Source: a virus (lineage: Duplodnaviria > Caudoviricetes). From it: DNA of 60,246 bases. The stretch lies in IMG/VR virus record IMGVR_UViG_3300044833_000066, positions 1 through 60,246 of that record, one strand, 5' to 3'. The notes under the pieces were generated by a model. It was not told the origin of the DNA. It was given only the letters and a program-made list of their open reading frames with translations, and did no database searches. The position numbers and the translations under genes are program-made. Each line of letters opens with the position of its first letter. Position 1 is the stretch's first letter. Below are positions 1-9,648 of the stretch, piece by piece.

Positions 1-219
1 GGCAGATTCACTCGGCCGCGCGTATGATTTCGTCCAAGACGTGAGACTGTTAACCGGATCACATTTCGCCGCGCTGTTTCCGGAGGCGCTGATCCAGCGG
101 GAACGGTTGCTGGGCTTGGTAAAATCGTTCACCGCGATCTACACGCCCGAGATGTGCCTCAAAGCCAGCGCCACGCCCGGCGATCCGCTCAACGCGCCCA
201 CAGACCTGGTGCTCGCCTG

Positions 220-441
220 ATGGCCGGGATCGATGAGCCGCCCGACGGGGCGGTGGTGACCGACGAAGCGCTGGCTGATGCCCTGCGGGTTTTGGCGCTG
301 CGCTTTCGCCACGAACTCTGGGCGTACCGCGACGTGCTGGCACAGCTGACGGCCGACCAGATTTACCTCTACAGCACCGCGCTGGGCGCGATCGACAACC
401 TGGTGGCGTCACTCCCGGAGGCACACTGTGGCCAGGCCTAG
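220..441 (+). CDS. hypothetical protein
   Basis: Internal ATG of ORF 154..441; overlaps next ORF. Confidence 0.5.
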   Translation: MAGIDEPPDGAVVTDEALADALRVLALRFRHELWAYRDVLAQLTADQIYLYSTALGAIDNLVASLPEAHCGQA

Positions 442-661
442 CAAACACGCCCAGCTGACCGACGCGCAGAAATTGGCCTACGCGCTGCTGCTGTACGCCC
501 GCGGTTCGAAGTGGTCGTATGACGACACCGCCGAATGGGAGGCGCTGACCGGCAGCAAATCTGCCACGATGCAGACGTTGTGCTCGCTGGCGCGCACCGT
601 GGCCGGGCCAGGTGCGAAGGAATTCGCGCCGATTTTCAGGCCGTCCCGCCACTCGGGATGA
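428..661 (+). CDS. hypothetical protein
   Basis: GGAGG upstream of GTG; protein-like composition. Confidence 0.6.
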   Translation: MARPSKHAQLTDAQKLAYALLLYARGSKWSYDDTAEWEALTGSKSATMQTLCSLARTVAGPGAKEFAPIFRPSRHSG

Positions 662-721
662 CACCTGCGGCGCAAATATCCCAAGGGTAGCTAATTAGAC
701 GCGCCCGGTTTCCCCGTTCTG

Positions 722-1288
722 TCAAGCGATTCGTTTTGGTCGCCGCCCGTGGTAGTGCTCATCGAGCGCGGTCAACGCCCGCCGCAGCCGGTCGGTGGCA
801 GATCCACTGCGCAGCCGATTTGCCACCTCGTATGCAGCGATCGACCCATTTTGGAAAACCACCCACCAAAAAACCGTCCCGTCATGCAGCCCCAGCACCA
901 GCGCCGCATGGTTGATTCGGGTGATCGCCGAGACCTGCCGCTCCGGCAGACCAGCCCGCGGACCCGCCACGCTGCCCCCGCCGCCGGACCAATCGCCGCC
1001 GGTCGACCCCGACGCGATCGAGCAGTCCTCCAAGAATTGCTCGGCCGCGTCCACGTGGCGTTTGCTGATCACCCGGCGGGATTGCAGATCGATCAGCACG
1101 TCACGCCGCCTGGCGCCGCGTACCAGCCGCCTATGGTCGGCGACGGTCGGATCATCCCGGGTTTCGATGTCGACCGCCACAGCCCCGCCCCAGGACCGCA
1201 GGCGGCCGTCTTTGCCCAGCCGCAGCGACGGCCCGTAATCGCTGCCCGCCTCCGCCACCACGCCAGGCGCGCCCCGGCGACGCTTCAT
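722..1288 (-). CDS. DUF6456-like protein, possible late-gene regulator (Q position)
   Basis: RRVISKRHVDAAEQF...LRRALTALDEHY pattern; last gene of early operon; ATGA-coupled to radical SAM gene. Confidence 0.55.
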   Translation of the reverse strand: MKRRRGAPGVVAEAGSDYGPSLRLGKDGRLRSWGGAVAVDIETRDDPTVADHRRLVRGARRRDVLIDLQSRRVISKRHVDAAEQFLEDCSIASGSTGGDWSGGGGSVAGPRAGLPERQVSAITRINHAALVLGLHDGTVFWWVVFQNGSIAAYEVANRLRSGSATDRLRRALTALDEHYHGRRPKRIA

Positions 1289-2154
1289 GGCATCACGGCG
1301 TCGAACAGCTGCGGCGCCACATCCGCGACCATACGCCCATGGATAATTGCCGGCCGCGCCCACCGCCGCTGGAAAGCCCGCCACTCCGGCCCCGGCGCAT
1401 AGCGGTCCTGCGAGTGCAACTCAGGCCGCCACAGCATCGCCATGGGCGTCAGCCCGATCGCCAGCATCTGGCCCAGCCGGTTCTCGGCCAGGGTGAACGT
1501 ATCCTTCGGGAACCCGACCAGCACATAGACCCGCAGGCGGTGCGATTCGCGGGTGAAGCCAGCTGCCAGCATCCGACGCGCCGCACTCTCAAGCGTCTCG
1601 AACGCATCGCCGGGATCGTAGGCCCAGAACATCGTCGGCCGCGGCGACAGACCCGCCAGCAGCCCGACCTGATAGTCCTCGAGCGAAAGCGCCTCGAGCC
1701 CGCCGGTAAACTCCACGCGTCGCTTCTGTTGGCGCAGCATCGCGAACACCGCCTCGACATGCGGCCGTGGGCACGCGAGCAGATTGTCATCCAGGACATT
1801 CCACCCCGGCACGATCGGGAGCAGCTCCGGCTTCGGCCATTTCTTCCAGACGCTGCAGAACCAACACCGCCGCGGGCAGCCGCGCGAGGTGATCGTAAAG
1901 CCCGGCCGCACGTACCGGCCCGGGATGAATTCGAGGCTATCATCGCCGTAAGCGACGCCGCCCAGCCGCACCGGAGCGACATGGCGCCATTGTTCGGCCA
2001 GTTGCTCGGCCACCGGTTTGTCCCATGTAAAACTGACCGAGATGTGGACCTCGTCGGCTTCGGCGAACATATCCGGCGGCCCGACATATGCCAGCGCATC
2101 ATCCGGCGTAGCCTTCGTGCGCCTCGGAAATACGCGGATCAATTTGGTCGTCAT
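1285..2154 (-). CDS. radical SAM protein
   Basis: TSRGCPRRCWFC (CxxxCxxC) and LDDNLLA motifs; ATGA-coupled start. Confidence 0.85.
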   Translation of the reverse strand: MTTKLIRVFPRRTKATPDDALAYVGPPDMFAEADEVHISVSFTWDKPVAEQLAEQWRHVAPVRLGGVAYGDDSLEFIPGRYVRPGFTITSRGCPRRCWFCSVWKKWPKPELLPIVPGWNVLDDNLLACPRPHVEAVFAMLRQQKRRVEFTGGLEALSLEDYQVGLLAGLSPRPTMFWAYDPGDAFETLESAARRMLAAGFTRESHRLRVYVLVGFPKDTFTLAENRLGQMLAIGLTPMAMLWRPELHSQDRYAPGPEWRAFQRRWARPAIIHGRMVADVAPQLFDAVMP

Positions 2155-2417
2155 CGCACCCGTCGCTGCGGCTTGGCCGGCGCTCCCCCGCCCCAGCGCG
2201 CCGCTGCGTCCGCCAGGCAGAGATCGACATCCGCCACCGCCGCGGACACCAGCCGGCGGTGCCTGACGGTGCTGCCATCCGGGCGGACCCGCACGACCGT
2301 GCGGTAGACCGCATCGGAGCCCGGGCAGCAGACACAGGCCGGCTTGCCGCACAGCACGCATTGACGCGCCAGGGACCGCGCGGCCAGGTCAACCATGCTC
2401 GGCCCCCTGCGCGTCAT
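2151..2417 (-). CDS. hypothetical Cys-rich protein
   Basis: ATGA-coupled at both ends; CVLC...CVCC. Confidence 0.55.
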   Translation of the reverse strand: MTRRGPSMVDLAARSLARQCVLCGKPACVCCPGSDAVYRTVVRVRPDGSTVRHRRLVSAAVADVDLCLADAAARWGGGAPAKPQRRVR

Positions 2418-3490
2418 GCCCGCCACGCGAACAACGGCACGACCTTGTCGGCCTGCTGGGGCGGCGGATCATCCCACGACAGCGCCGGACGCAACGAGTC
2501 GCCGCCGATTCCTGGGTTCGCTTCCGGTTCCACTTTCGTCTCCGTTTCGTCCACCGCCTGCTCGGCAGCCTGACGTTCCATCACCGCCTTGAGTGCGGGA
2601 TTATTCTCGCGCACCGCGGCGAGCTGCTCTGCCGACAGCGCGCCAGGTTTGCGCCCGTGCACGGCCTCGAACCGCACGACGAACCCATGCGGCGCCGCCC
2701 CGGGCACGGACGCACCAGACGGGCGGTCGACCTTGACGATGCCAGCGTCGGCCGCCATCTCCGCCCGCTGCTGCTGCGTGGGTTGGCGATTAGGTCCGAC
2801 CACATCGGAGCCGGAAACGGTGTCTGACACCGACAAAGGAACGAGGCCGGCGAGATGGGGAGACTTCCTCTCGACGGCCGCGCGCAACGCTTTCAACCAG
2901 TAGTTTGCTTGTGGATGCGGCGGCTCGAGGATGTTGCGCACCGACACGAGGATCGCCTTCGGATCGGTGTAGTCGTCCTCTGCCTCGCCCTGCTCATTGG
3001 CGATCCACCCAAGGCGTGCCGCGATTGCGCCCGCCGTGTGGTTGTTGCGCACGAGCCAGTTAAATCCCACTGGAGCCACCTTGCGGACAATGGATAACCG
3101 CCCCGCGAGATCCGAATCGCTCGCCTTGCCGCCGGCGACCCCGCGTAACCACGAGTCGACCTGATTACGATCTGCTGGCGTCAACGGAGCATCTGCCGGC
3201 GCGGCAATTTCTAACCCAGGCAGCGCTATGAGTGCTGGTTGGTTTTTGCTCCACCATTTTTCCAGAAATTTGCCAAGGATGCCGACCGACGGCAGCGACA
3301 TCAGGCCACACTCGATTGCAACGAACGCCGCCGATGCTTGGCAGAACATCCGCGTATCGGGGTATTTTTCCCCCACCATCACCGCGCGGGTTTTGATGAC
3401 GGCTTCTGGATCAGAACCGCTGGGAAGCCCAGTGCCCTGCGCTACCCAGTTCAGCCACTCAGTTACGGCAACAAGATGAGTTGGCGTCAT
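2414..3490 (-). CDS. hypothetical protein (position of helicase loader / P-like gene)
   Basis: 358-aa ORF coupled directly downstream of the replication initiator. Confidence 0.7.
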   Translation of the reverse strand: MTPTHLVAVTEWLNWVAQGTGLPSGSDPEAVIKTRAVMVGEKYPDTRMFCQASAAFVAIECGLMSLPSVGILGKFLEKWWSKNQPALIALPGLEIAAPADAPLTPADRNQVDSWLRGVAGGKASDSDLAGRLSIVRKVAPVGFNWLVRNNHTAGAIAARLGWIANEQGEAEDDYTDPKAILVSVRNILEPPHPQANYWLKALRAAVERKSPHLAGLVPLSVSDTVSGSDVVGPNRQPTQQQRAEMAADAGIVKVDRPSGASVPGAAPHGFVVRFEAVHGRKPGALSAEQLAAVRENNPALKAVMERQAAEQAVDETETKVEPEANPGIGGDSLRPALSWDDPPPQQADKVVPLFAWRA

Positions 3491-4434
3491 TGGCCGATCC
3501 TCCGCGTGTTGTCGACAGGCTCGGGGTCGAATGTCGGCGTCATCGGACGAAGCCCCAGCTTCTGCTCAAACGCAGCGTGACTGCCCGTACGCGCGCGTCG
3601 CACCGCCGGACGGTTGTCGTACGATCCTTCCAACAGCTTCGTCAGGGTTTTGGGCTGCAGCAGGAAATCAAATCCCGCCACCCATCCACGGTCATTTTCC
3701 CCGGCGCAAAAAGCTGACGCGCGAACCTTTTCGATCGCCTCGAGCATCCCATCGACCCCGACCGATGCGATCCGCAGTTCGAGCTTTTTGCGCCTGTCCC
3801 TGGTCAGCCCGCGCACGGCTGGCAAACCCCGGTCGACAGCCATCGCGTTCCATGCATCCGCCATGTCGCGCTCGATCGCGGCTTTCTCAGCGGCTCGCAA
3901 AACGACGACGTTTGACCCCGCTGCGGGAGTGGTCGCGTGCGCGCACGCGCTACCTCCCGCTAGGGAGGTTCTTTCTTCTCTTTCTTCTCTATCTTTCCTT
4001 TCTGAAGGATTCCCCCTCGAATCCGCACCCCCTCCCCCAGGGTCGGTTTCGGGGGTGGCCCGCGAAATCGAGGGTGTATATTCGGCTTCCGACCCCTGCG
4101 GATTCGAGGGGGTATAAATGGCGTCTTCCGACCCCTGCGAATTCGAGGGGGTAGGCTGGATCGACACGACAGGTAAACGATAAAGATTGCTGGTTTGACG
4201 CCCGTTCGACAGCGTACGAGGCTCAATTTCGAGCAAATCTGCCGCAACCAGTTGTTTGAGCGCTTTGCGGACCGCCAGATCGGTGTGTTGCGTGCGCTGG
4301 CAGATCGTCGGGATCGACGGAAAGCAATCGCCACCCTCCTGGCTGGCGCAATTTGCCAGATAAACGAGGACGGACTTGGCGACACCTGACGAGCAGTTTT
4401 GCTCCCACGCCCAGTTGAGTGCGGTGAAGCTCAT
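3487..4434 (-). CDS. phage replication initiator (N-terminal HTH_36-type wHTH, lambda O-like)
   Basis: MSFTALNWAW...KSVLVYLAN...CFPSIPTI...QTSNLYRL N-terminus; WVAGFDFLL...KLLEGSYDN C-terminus; internal iterons. Confidence 0.85.
   Translation of the reverse strand: MSFTALNWAWEQNCSSGVAKSVLVYLANCASQEGGDCFPSIPTICQRTQHTDLAVRKALKQLVAADLLEIEPRTLSNGRQTSNLYRLPVVSIQPTPSNSQGSEDAIYTPSNPQGSEAEYTPSISRATPETDPGGGGADSRGNPSERKDREEREERTSLAGGSACAHATTPAAGSNVVVLRAAEKAAIERDMADAWNAMAVDRGLPAVRGLTRDRRKKLELRIASVGVDGMLEAIEKVRASAFCAGENDRGWVAGFDFLLQPKTLTKLLEGSYDNRPAVRRARTGSHAAFEQKLGLRPMTPTFDPEPVDNTRRIGQ
3969..4153. repeat. putative replication origin: iterons plus AT-rich pyrimidine tract inside initiator gene
   Basis: CTTCCGACCCCTGCG(G/A)ATTCGAGGGGGTA at 4086-4114 and 4125-4153, partial copy 4061-4080, inverted copy 4012-4027, T/C tract 3969-4003. 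Confidence 0.75.
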
Positions 4435-4691
4435 GGCCGCGGCCCCCCGCGCACGAGAGATGACCGCGAGCTTACAAAATTGTGTGGATTCACAGGGCAT
4501 ACCTCCGGCTTGACGGGCCAGAGGCGATTTATTAGAAGGAGGGCAGCGATCTCTCCTTCGTTTGACCGCCTCCGGCCAGACGATTTCGGTTCTGCAGCCC
4601 TCATGCGCACACATGAGGGCTGAACTGTATTTAGCCTGCGAATCGCAATATCGACAAGTCGCAGTAAAACGCGTGAACCGGGCCCGTTCAT
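4431..4691 (-). CDS. hypothetical protein
   Basis: ATGA overlaps with both neighbours. Confidence 0.45.
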   Translation of the reverse strand: MNGPGSRVLLRLVDIAIRRLNTVQPSCVRMRAAEPKSSGRRRSNEGEIAALLLINRLWPVKPEVCPVNPHNFVSSRSSLVRGGPRP

Positions 4692-5227
4692 GACACCCGC
4701 CCCGCCGCAAACAGCGGCCCGGCGACACGCCGCGAGCCGCGCAGCTGGCCGACATACCAAAGCCAGGTCATGACCGCATCGGCGGCGTTATCGTCGGGAA
4801 CCTTGAGACCGATGCCGCGGCAATAGCGCACGACCACCCCCTTGACGGTGCCCTTGCTGAACCGCGCTTGCCCGAGGATCGCGAGCCGCACGATGTCGCT
4901 CGACACCTCCTCGATCGGCACCGACGCCCGCCAGGCTTCGGCATAGGCGATGCCCCGCAATGTCAGCTGCTGGCACATCACCCGCATGGTGCTAACCCCG
5001 AGCAGAGCCCCGAACGACAGTGGCGCCTCGAGGATCACGCGCGACGGCGAGAGGGCGTCCATAATGGCGGCCATTTCATTTTCAAACGCGGCATAGCGCG
5101 CGCCCTCCCCGCCGATGAGCGGGAGATGCCAGGTGCCGAAGCTCGGCGCGTTATCCGTCACGTGGCCGTACGCGGTGCCCGTCACGGACGACAGATCGAG
5201 GGCTAGGACGCCCCCAGGAACCGCCAC
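4688..5227 (-). CDS. RuvC-like Holliday junction resolvase
   Basis: VLALDLS..TG, VILEAP and DDNAADA acidic motifs of the RuvC fold. Confidence 0.8.
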   Translation of the reverse strand: MAVPGGVLALDLSSVTGTAYGHVTDNAPSFGTWHLPLIGGEGARYAAFENEMAAIMDALSPSRVILEAPLSFGALLGVSTMRVMCQQLTLRGIAYAEAWRASVPIEEVSSDIVRLAILGQARFSKGTVKGVVVRYCRGIGLKVPDDNAADAVMTWLWYVGQLRGSRRVAGPLFAAGRVS

Positions 5228-5233
5228 GACACC

Positions 5234-5881
5234 CTAGTGGGCCGTGGCCGAATCCCTGACCTTGTCGCGCGGTGCCCGCACCGCGCCGTTCTTCCGCCCC
5301 GGGCCCCGGGTGCGCTTTTTCGCCGCACCGTTCGCCGCCACCCCGAGATCGCCCTGCTGCTGCGCCGACCGCTGCGGCCGTGCCCGCGATGCCGATGCCT
5401 GGCTGGCGTTCTGCCCCAACTCCCGCGCGATCGACGCCTGTCCCTTGCGCCAGTCGACCAGCCACGCCACCGCCAGCGGCGCGCCCGCCTCGTACGGGCA
5501 CTCCTCAGCCGGCGTGCCGTGCCGACCCGCCCGGTAGCCCTTGTCGCCGGCGGTCCACGCGTCGTCGGCCTGGCGCGTTTGCGCGGTGACCGCGGTGTCC
5601 CAATCGAACAGCGAATCGCGATCGACCTCGATTCGCTTGATCGACATCAGCCGCAGCCGGTCGCGCAAATCGCGCTGCACCTCCTCGGGATCCAGTTTGC
5701 TCGCTGCGACCGTGGCGATCATCGCCTTGATCGGCATGCCGTCCGCCTTGGCGCGCTTGACGATGTTGCGCAGCACGCCGTTTTCCTCGGCGCAGACGCG
5801 TTTCTGGGTCTGATATTGCCGCATCCAGTCGGCGGCGGAATCAGAATTGATCATCGTCTCCATGGCTTGATCGAGCGGCAT
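5234..5881 (-). CDS. GapR(DUF2312)-like domain fused to RMF-like domain and basic tail
   Basis: KRAKADGMPIKAM...KLDPEE; GYRAGRHG...CPY...AWLVDWRKG. Confidence 0.55.
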   Translation of the reverse strand: MPLDQAMETMINSDSAADWMRQYQTQKRVCAEENGVLRNIVKRAKADGMPIKAMIATVAASKLDPEEVQRDLRDRLRLMSIKRIEVDRDSLFDWDTAVTAQTRQADDAWTAGDKGYRAGRHGTPAEECPYEAGAPLAVAWLVDWRKGQASIARELGQNASQASASRARPQRSAQQQGDLGVAANGAAKKRTRGPGRKNGAVRAPRDKVRDSATAH

Positions 5882-6008
5882 TATTTGGCCCTCTAGTAAA
5901 AATTTTGATTTTCATCGCGAATCCTGTGCAACTTGCACATCAGCCTGGAAGGCCCGTATCATCGAACCGACCATGTCATGCAGGAGCAGGAAGGCGCGGT
6001 TAAGCCGC

Positions 6009-6260
6009 CTAGCGTCGGCGCGCCGCCGCGACCTGCCTGAAGGAGTCATACGAGATACCAGCCACACCCGCCCGGCGCGCGCTCTCGGCCAGCGCCTCCC
6101 AATGACGCTCGGCAATCACGTCCCGCCGATGCCAGGACCGCACCGTCTCAATCGAGACGCCGAGATCCAGGGCGATTTGGGCAAAGTCAGGCCACCGCTC
6201 GAGCAGCGATCGGTGGGTCGCGATTGGCGCCGCCGGCGCCATTGCCACGGATGTCATCAT
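6009..6260 (-). CDS. Cro-like HTH repressor
   Basis: IALDLGVSIETVRSWHRRDVI HTH; divergent from CI; start uncertain. Confidence 0.75.
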   Translation of the reverse strand: MMTSVAMAPAAPIATHRSLLERWPDFAQIALDLGVSIETVRSWHRRDVIAERHWEALAESARRAGVAGISYDSFRQVAAARRR

Positions 6261-6358
6261 CTGCACAGACTGTTCAGCTTGCACGCAATCCGTCAAGAGA
6301 CAACCACTCTCGGTTGTGAAGATTCTTTGTGACCCATTCGACCAGGAGCACGCACCCG
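6261..6358. promoter_or_regulatory. CI/Cro divergent control region
   Basis: Short intergenic region; minus-strand TTGACG (6291-6296) -35-like hexamer; AGGAG SD before CI. Confidence 0.55.
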
Positions 6359-6982
6359 ATGTTTATGGCCTCCGCCCCAGCCAGGCGACTGCGACAGGCT
6401 CGCGAACTAGCTGGCTTTCCGAGCGCGTCCGCGTTCGCCAGACACTGTGGCATCAAGACCGTGACTTATCAGCACCATGAGAACGGACTTCGCGACATTA
6501 CCGCGGAAAACGCAGCGTTGTACTCCAGGTTTTTGGGGTTGCCTGCAGGAACGTTGCTATTCGGCGAGCGTTTGCATTCCGCGCCCACTGTCCGTATATT
6601 TGGCTACATCGGACACGGGGGGGAAATCGAGCCCTTGAAACAAAGCGCACCCGCCCAAGAAACCGTCGTCCCCGAAGTTGACGGGTTGATGGCTTTGGTT
6701 GTGTCGGGAAACGATATCGGCGAGAAATACAGCAACGGCGACGTCTTATTCTACCAGCAGCTGCGCCCCGGCCGGTATGACCTGACCGACCTTGACAACA
6801 TCGAATGCGTCATCAAGCTGGACGACGGCGTCGTGCTGGTCGGCCAAATGATCACTGATCGGGGCGGCCAAACCACGGTGACCAGCTTCAACGGCCGCAC
6901 CATCCGCGAGGCCCTGGTGTTCGCCGCCAGCCCGGTGGAATTCGTTCGCCGGCATTTGCCCGCGCGCATTACCAACCACTAA
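6359..6982 (+). CDS. CI-like repressor (XRE HTH + degenerate S24-like domain)
   Basis: RLRQARELAGF..ASAFARHCGI...YQHHENG HTH; C-terminal ALVVSGND...GDVLFY S24-like fold. Confidence 0.85.
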   Translation: MFMASAPARRLRQARELAGFPSASAFARHCGIKTVTYQHHENGLRDITAENAALYSRFLGLPAGTLLFGERLHSAPTVRIFGYIGHGGEIEPLKQSAPAQETVVPEVDGLMALVVSGNDIGEKYSNGDVLFYQQLRPGRYDLTDLDNIECVIKLDDGVVLVGQMITDRGGQTTVTSFNGRTIREALVFAASPVEFVRRHLPARITNH

Positions 6983-7004
6983 GCAACGCCGACGCCGACC
7001 TAAG

Positions 7005-7040
7005 CGCCGCGCCGCGGGAACCCCGCGCGCGGCGTTTTTG
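7005..7040 (+). terminator. rho-independent terminator after CI
   Basis: GC-rich hairpin CGCCGCGC...GCGCGGCG followed by TTTTT. Confidence 0.7.
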
Positions 7041-7185
7041 CGTCCGATTTCTCTACAAATCTGACCTGTCTTTGCGTTTTGCACATTGCATCGCCGGCCA
7101 AAATGCCCCTCAATACAAACGCGACACGCACATAACCCGCGCCGCGCACTCTAACGCACGAGGACACCCAACCAAGGACCACAGC

Positions 7186-7374
7186 ATGACCTATCTTGCC
7201 GCCCGGCTCCGCAGCATCGCGGACAATCCCGACTACTTCACCCTGGCCCAGATTCCCGAGATCGCGTCGCAGGTCGAACGCCTGGAACGGTTCATCGACC
7301 AGCTGGCCAACGAGGCGCCGACCGACCCCCTCCTGCCCCACCAGGTGCCTGTACAGACGAGGCCACGCCCATGA
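7186..7374 (+). CDS. hypothetical protein
   Basis: AAGGA SD; first gene of rightward early operon. Confidence 0.6.
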   Translation: MTYLAARLRSIADNPDYFTLAQIPEIASQVERLERFIDQLANEAPTDPLLPHQVPVQTRPRP

Positions 7375-7417
7375 CTGACATTTCCATGCGTTCACGCATC
7401 GTGAAGGAAATGTCGAC

Positions 7418-7957
7418 ATGAACGAAGTTCGACCGCCCTCGTCATTCACGCTGCAGCGGGTGATGTCCGCCGCGATGTCGACGCTGGATGTGCTGCGCAA
7501 CGAGCACGGCCAGATCATCGAGGAAGACGACGTGCTGGCCTCGCTCGCCGAGGAAGGCATCGACCTCGCCACGGTGCTCGACCGGCTCATCGCGGCCGCC
7601 CTGGAGGCCAAAGCGATGGCCGCCGCCGCCGGCCAGCGCGTCAGCGATCTGCAGAGCCGCAAGGCCCGCTTCCAGCGCCAGGAGGAAACCTACCGCGCCA
7701 CGCTGCAGGCGGTCATGGCAGAGGTGGGACTGCGCAAACACAAGGCCGCCGAAGCCAGCCTGACGATCACAGATAGCCGCCCGAGCGCGATCGTCACCGA
7801 CCTCGACGCCCTGATCGCGCTGATGCCGTCGCTGGTCAGAGAGACCACCACCCTGGCACCCGACAAGGCCGCGATCCTGGCGGAACTGGCCCTCGGCCCG
7901 GTGCCCGGCGCGCTGCCGTCCCCGCCGTCGACCACTTTAACGATACGCCCGCGATGA
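7418..7957 (+). CDS. Gp157-like (Gam-like coiled-coil) protein
   Basis: RKARFQRQEE coiled coil, PDKAAI, TLTIR C-terminus; adjacent to ERF. Confidence 0.75.
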   Translation: MNEVRPPSSFTLQRVMSAAMSTLDVLRNEHGQIIEEDDVLASLAEEGIDLATVLDRLIAAALEAKAMAAAAGQRVSDLQSRKARFQRQEETYRATLQAVMAEVGLRKHKAAEASLTITDSRPSAIVTDLDALIALMPSLVRETTTLAPDKAAILAELALGPVPGALPSPPSTTLTIRPR

Positions 7958-9648
7958 GCGACCTCCAGGTCGCCCCACACCCAGACGAGGAGTCATCCCG
8001 CATGAACGAAATCACCACCACCGCCCCCGCCGAGACCGCCGTATCGGTGATCTCGCCAACCTCGGTGCTGGCCGCGATCCTCAACTACGCGACCAACCCG
8101 GCCGTCGATGTCGCCAAGCTCGAAGTCCTCGTGCGCATGCAGCACGAGCAGGAAGACCGCCAGCGCGCCCAGCGCCTCGAGGACGAAGGCCGCGACGCCA
8201 AACTGGCGTACACCCAGGCGATGAACCGCGTGCAGGCAGAAATGCCGACGATCGTGCGCGATGCGGTCAACCCGGAAACCCGCAGCCGCTATGCAAGGCT
8301 AGAGGCCATCCTCGAAGTCCTGACGCCGATCTACACCACACACGGGTTTACCCTGAGTTTCAGCGAAACGGAGCCGGACGACCAAAACGAAATCCGCCTG
8401 GAGTGCTTCGTCGAACACACTAGAGGGCATACCAAGAACTATCATTTGCAAATGCCGGTCGACAACGTCGGCATTAAGGGAAGCCTTAACAAAACCCAGA
8501 TCCACGGCCGTGCATCGGCAATCCAATATTTGCGCCGCTATTTGACCACCCTCATTTTCAACGTCGTCATCGGCAACGAAGACGACGACGGCAACGCCGC
8601 CGGCGGCCGACAGACAGCAGACCGGCAGCCACCGCCGCGCCGCGCCGCCGCCCGGCAAAGCCCCTGGCTCACCGACGTCATCCTCAAGCTGTCGGAGCAG
8701 GAGAACGCCTGGGACTGGCTGCAAGTCCTGATCCAATCGCTCGGCCGCGCACCGACGGCCGCCGACGCGCGCCTCCTGATGGCCCTGGACGGCGTCCGCA
8801 CCACGCTCGCCACCGCCCCAGATGACGCCAAGACCAAGGTTGAGAAAGCCCTGCAGGCCGCCCTGCTGCGCTTCGCGCCGGCGCCGGCAGGAGAGACCAC
8901 ACAAAAGGCAGCCGACACGCGCAAAGAGCGCCCAGCCGCCCCGGCGTTTGAAACCTATCTGATCGACCAGCGCGGCGAGCCGCGGGGCCTGCTTTACGAC
9001 AACCCCATCGCGTTCGCCCGCGACCTGGTGGTGCTGTGGAATGAGAGCGAGGGCAACATCGCCCTGCTCGAGCACAATGCCGACGCCATCGAAGACGCAC
9101 GCCGCGATATCGACGCCGCGGAAATCCTGTCCGATATCCGCATCCGGCCGGCCGAGCCGCAGATCGTACGCGTCGAGCCGCCGCTCGACAAAGGCAAGTC
9201 CTCCTGGCCGCTCTACAAACAGGCCATCGCCGAGGCCCTGCCAGCGGTCAGCGCCAGCATGTTCGACGCCTGGCTCGAGGCGCAGAAGGCGGTCATTAAA
9301 GCCTGCCCGATGGCGCCGCGCCTCATCGTCATCAAGGCCATCGCCGCGCGCGCCGCCGCGATCGACGCCCATCCACCGCTGTGGCTCGGCCAACTGATGG
9401 TCGGCAACAAGCTGCCGAATGCCGGTGGCGCGACCGTCGCATCATCCGCCGACGACCGCGCGCTGGCGAACCTGCTGATCGACCTCGAGACGATGACGAC
9501 GAAGTTTGCGTTCGCTGAATTCTCGAAGGCCCATGCGGTGCAGACCCTGATGGTGCGACTGCGCCGGGAGAACCGGCCGCTGTTCGAGCGGGCTGACCAG
9601 GCGTTCGGTGAAAAAGCCCACCAACTAGGGGCCGGAGCAGCGCAATGA
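7954..9648 (+). CDS. ERF-family single-strand annealing protein with long C-terminal extension
   Basis: SRYARLE, HGFTLSF, GRASAIQYLRRY, NEDDDGNAA motifs. Confidence 0.85.
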   Translation: MSDLQVAPHPDEESSRMNEITTTAPAETAVSVISPTSVLAAILNYATNPAVDVAKLEVLVRMQHEQEDRQRAQRLEDEGRDAKLAYTQAMNRVQAEMPTIVRDAVNPETRSRYARLEAILEVLTPIYTTHGFTLSFSETEPDDQNEIRLECFVEHTRGHTKNYHLQMPVDNVGIKGSLNKTQIHGRASAIQYLRRYLTTLIFNVVIGNEDDDGNAAGGRQTADRQPPPRRAAARQSPWLTDVILKLSEQENAWDWLQVLIQSLGRAPTAADARLLMALDGVRTTLATAPDDAKTKVEKALQAALLRFAPAPAGETTQKAADTRKERPAAPAFETYLIDQRGEPRGLLYDNPIAFARDLVVLWNESEGNIALLEHNADAIEDARRDIDAAEILSDIRIRPAEPQIVRVEPPLDKGKSSWPLYKQAIAEALPAVSASMFDAWLEAQKAVIKACPMAPRLIVIKAIAARAAAIDAHPPLWLGQLMVGNKLPNAGGATVASSADDRALANLLIDLETMTTKFAFAEFSKAHAVQTLMVRLRRENRPLFERADQAFGEKAHQLGAGAAQ

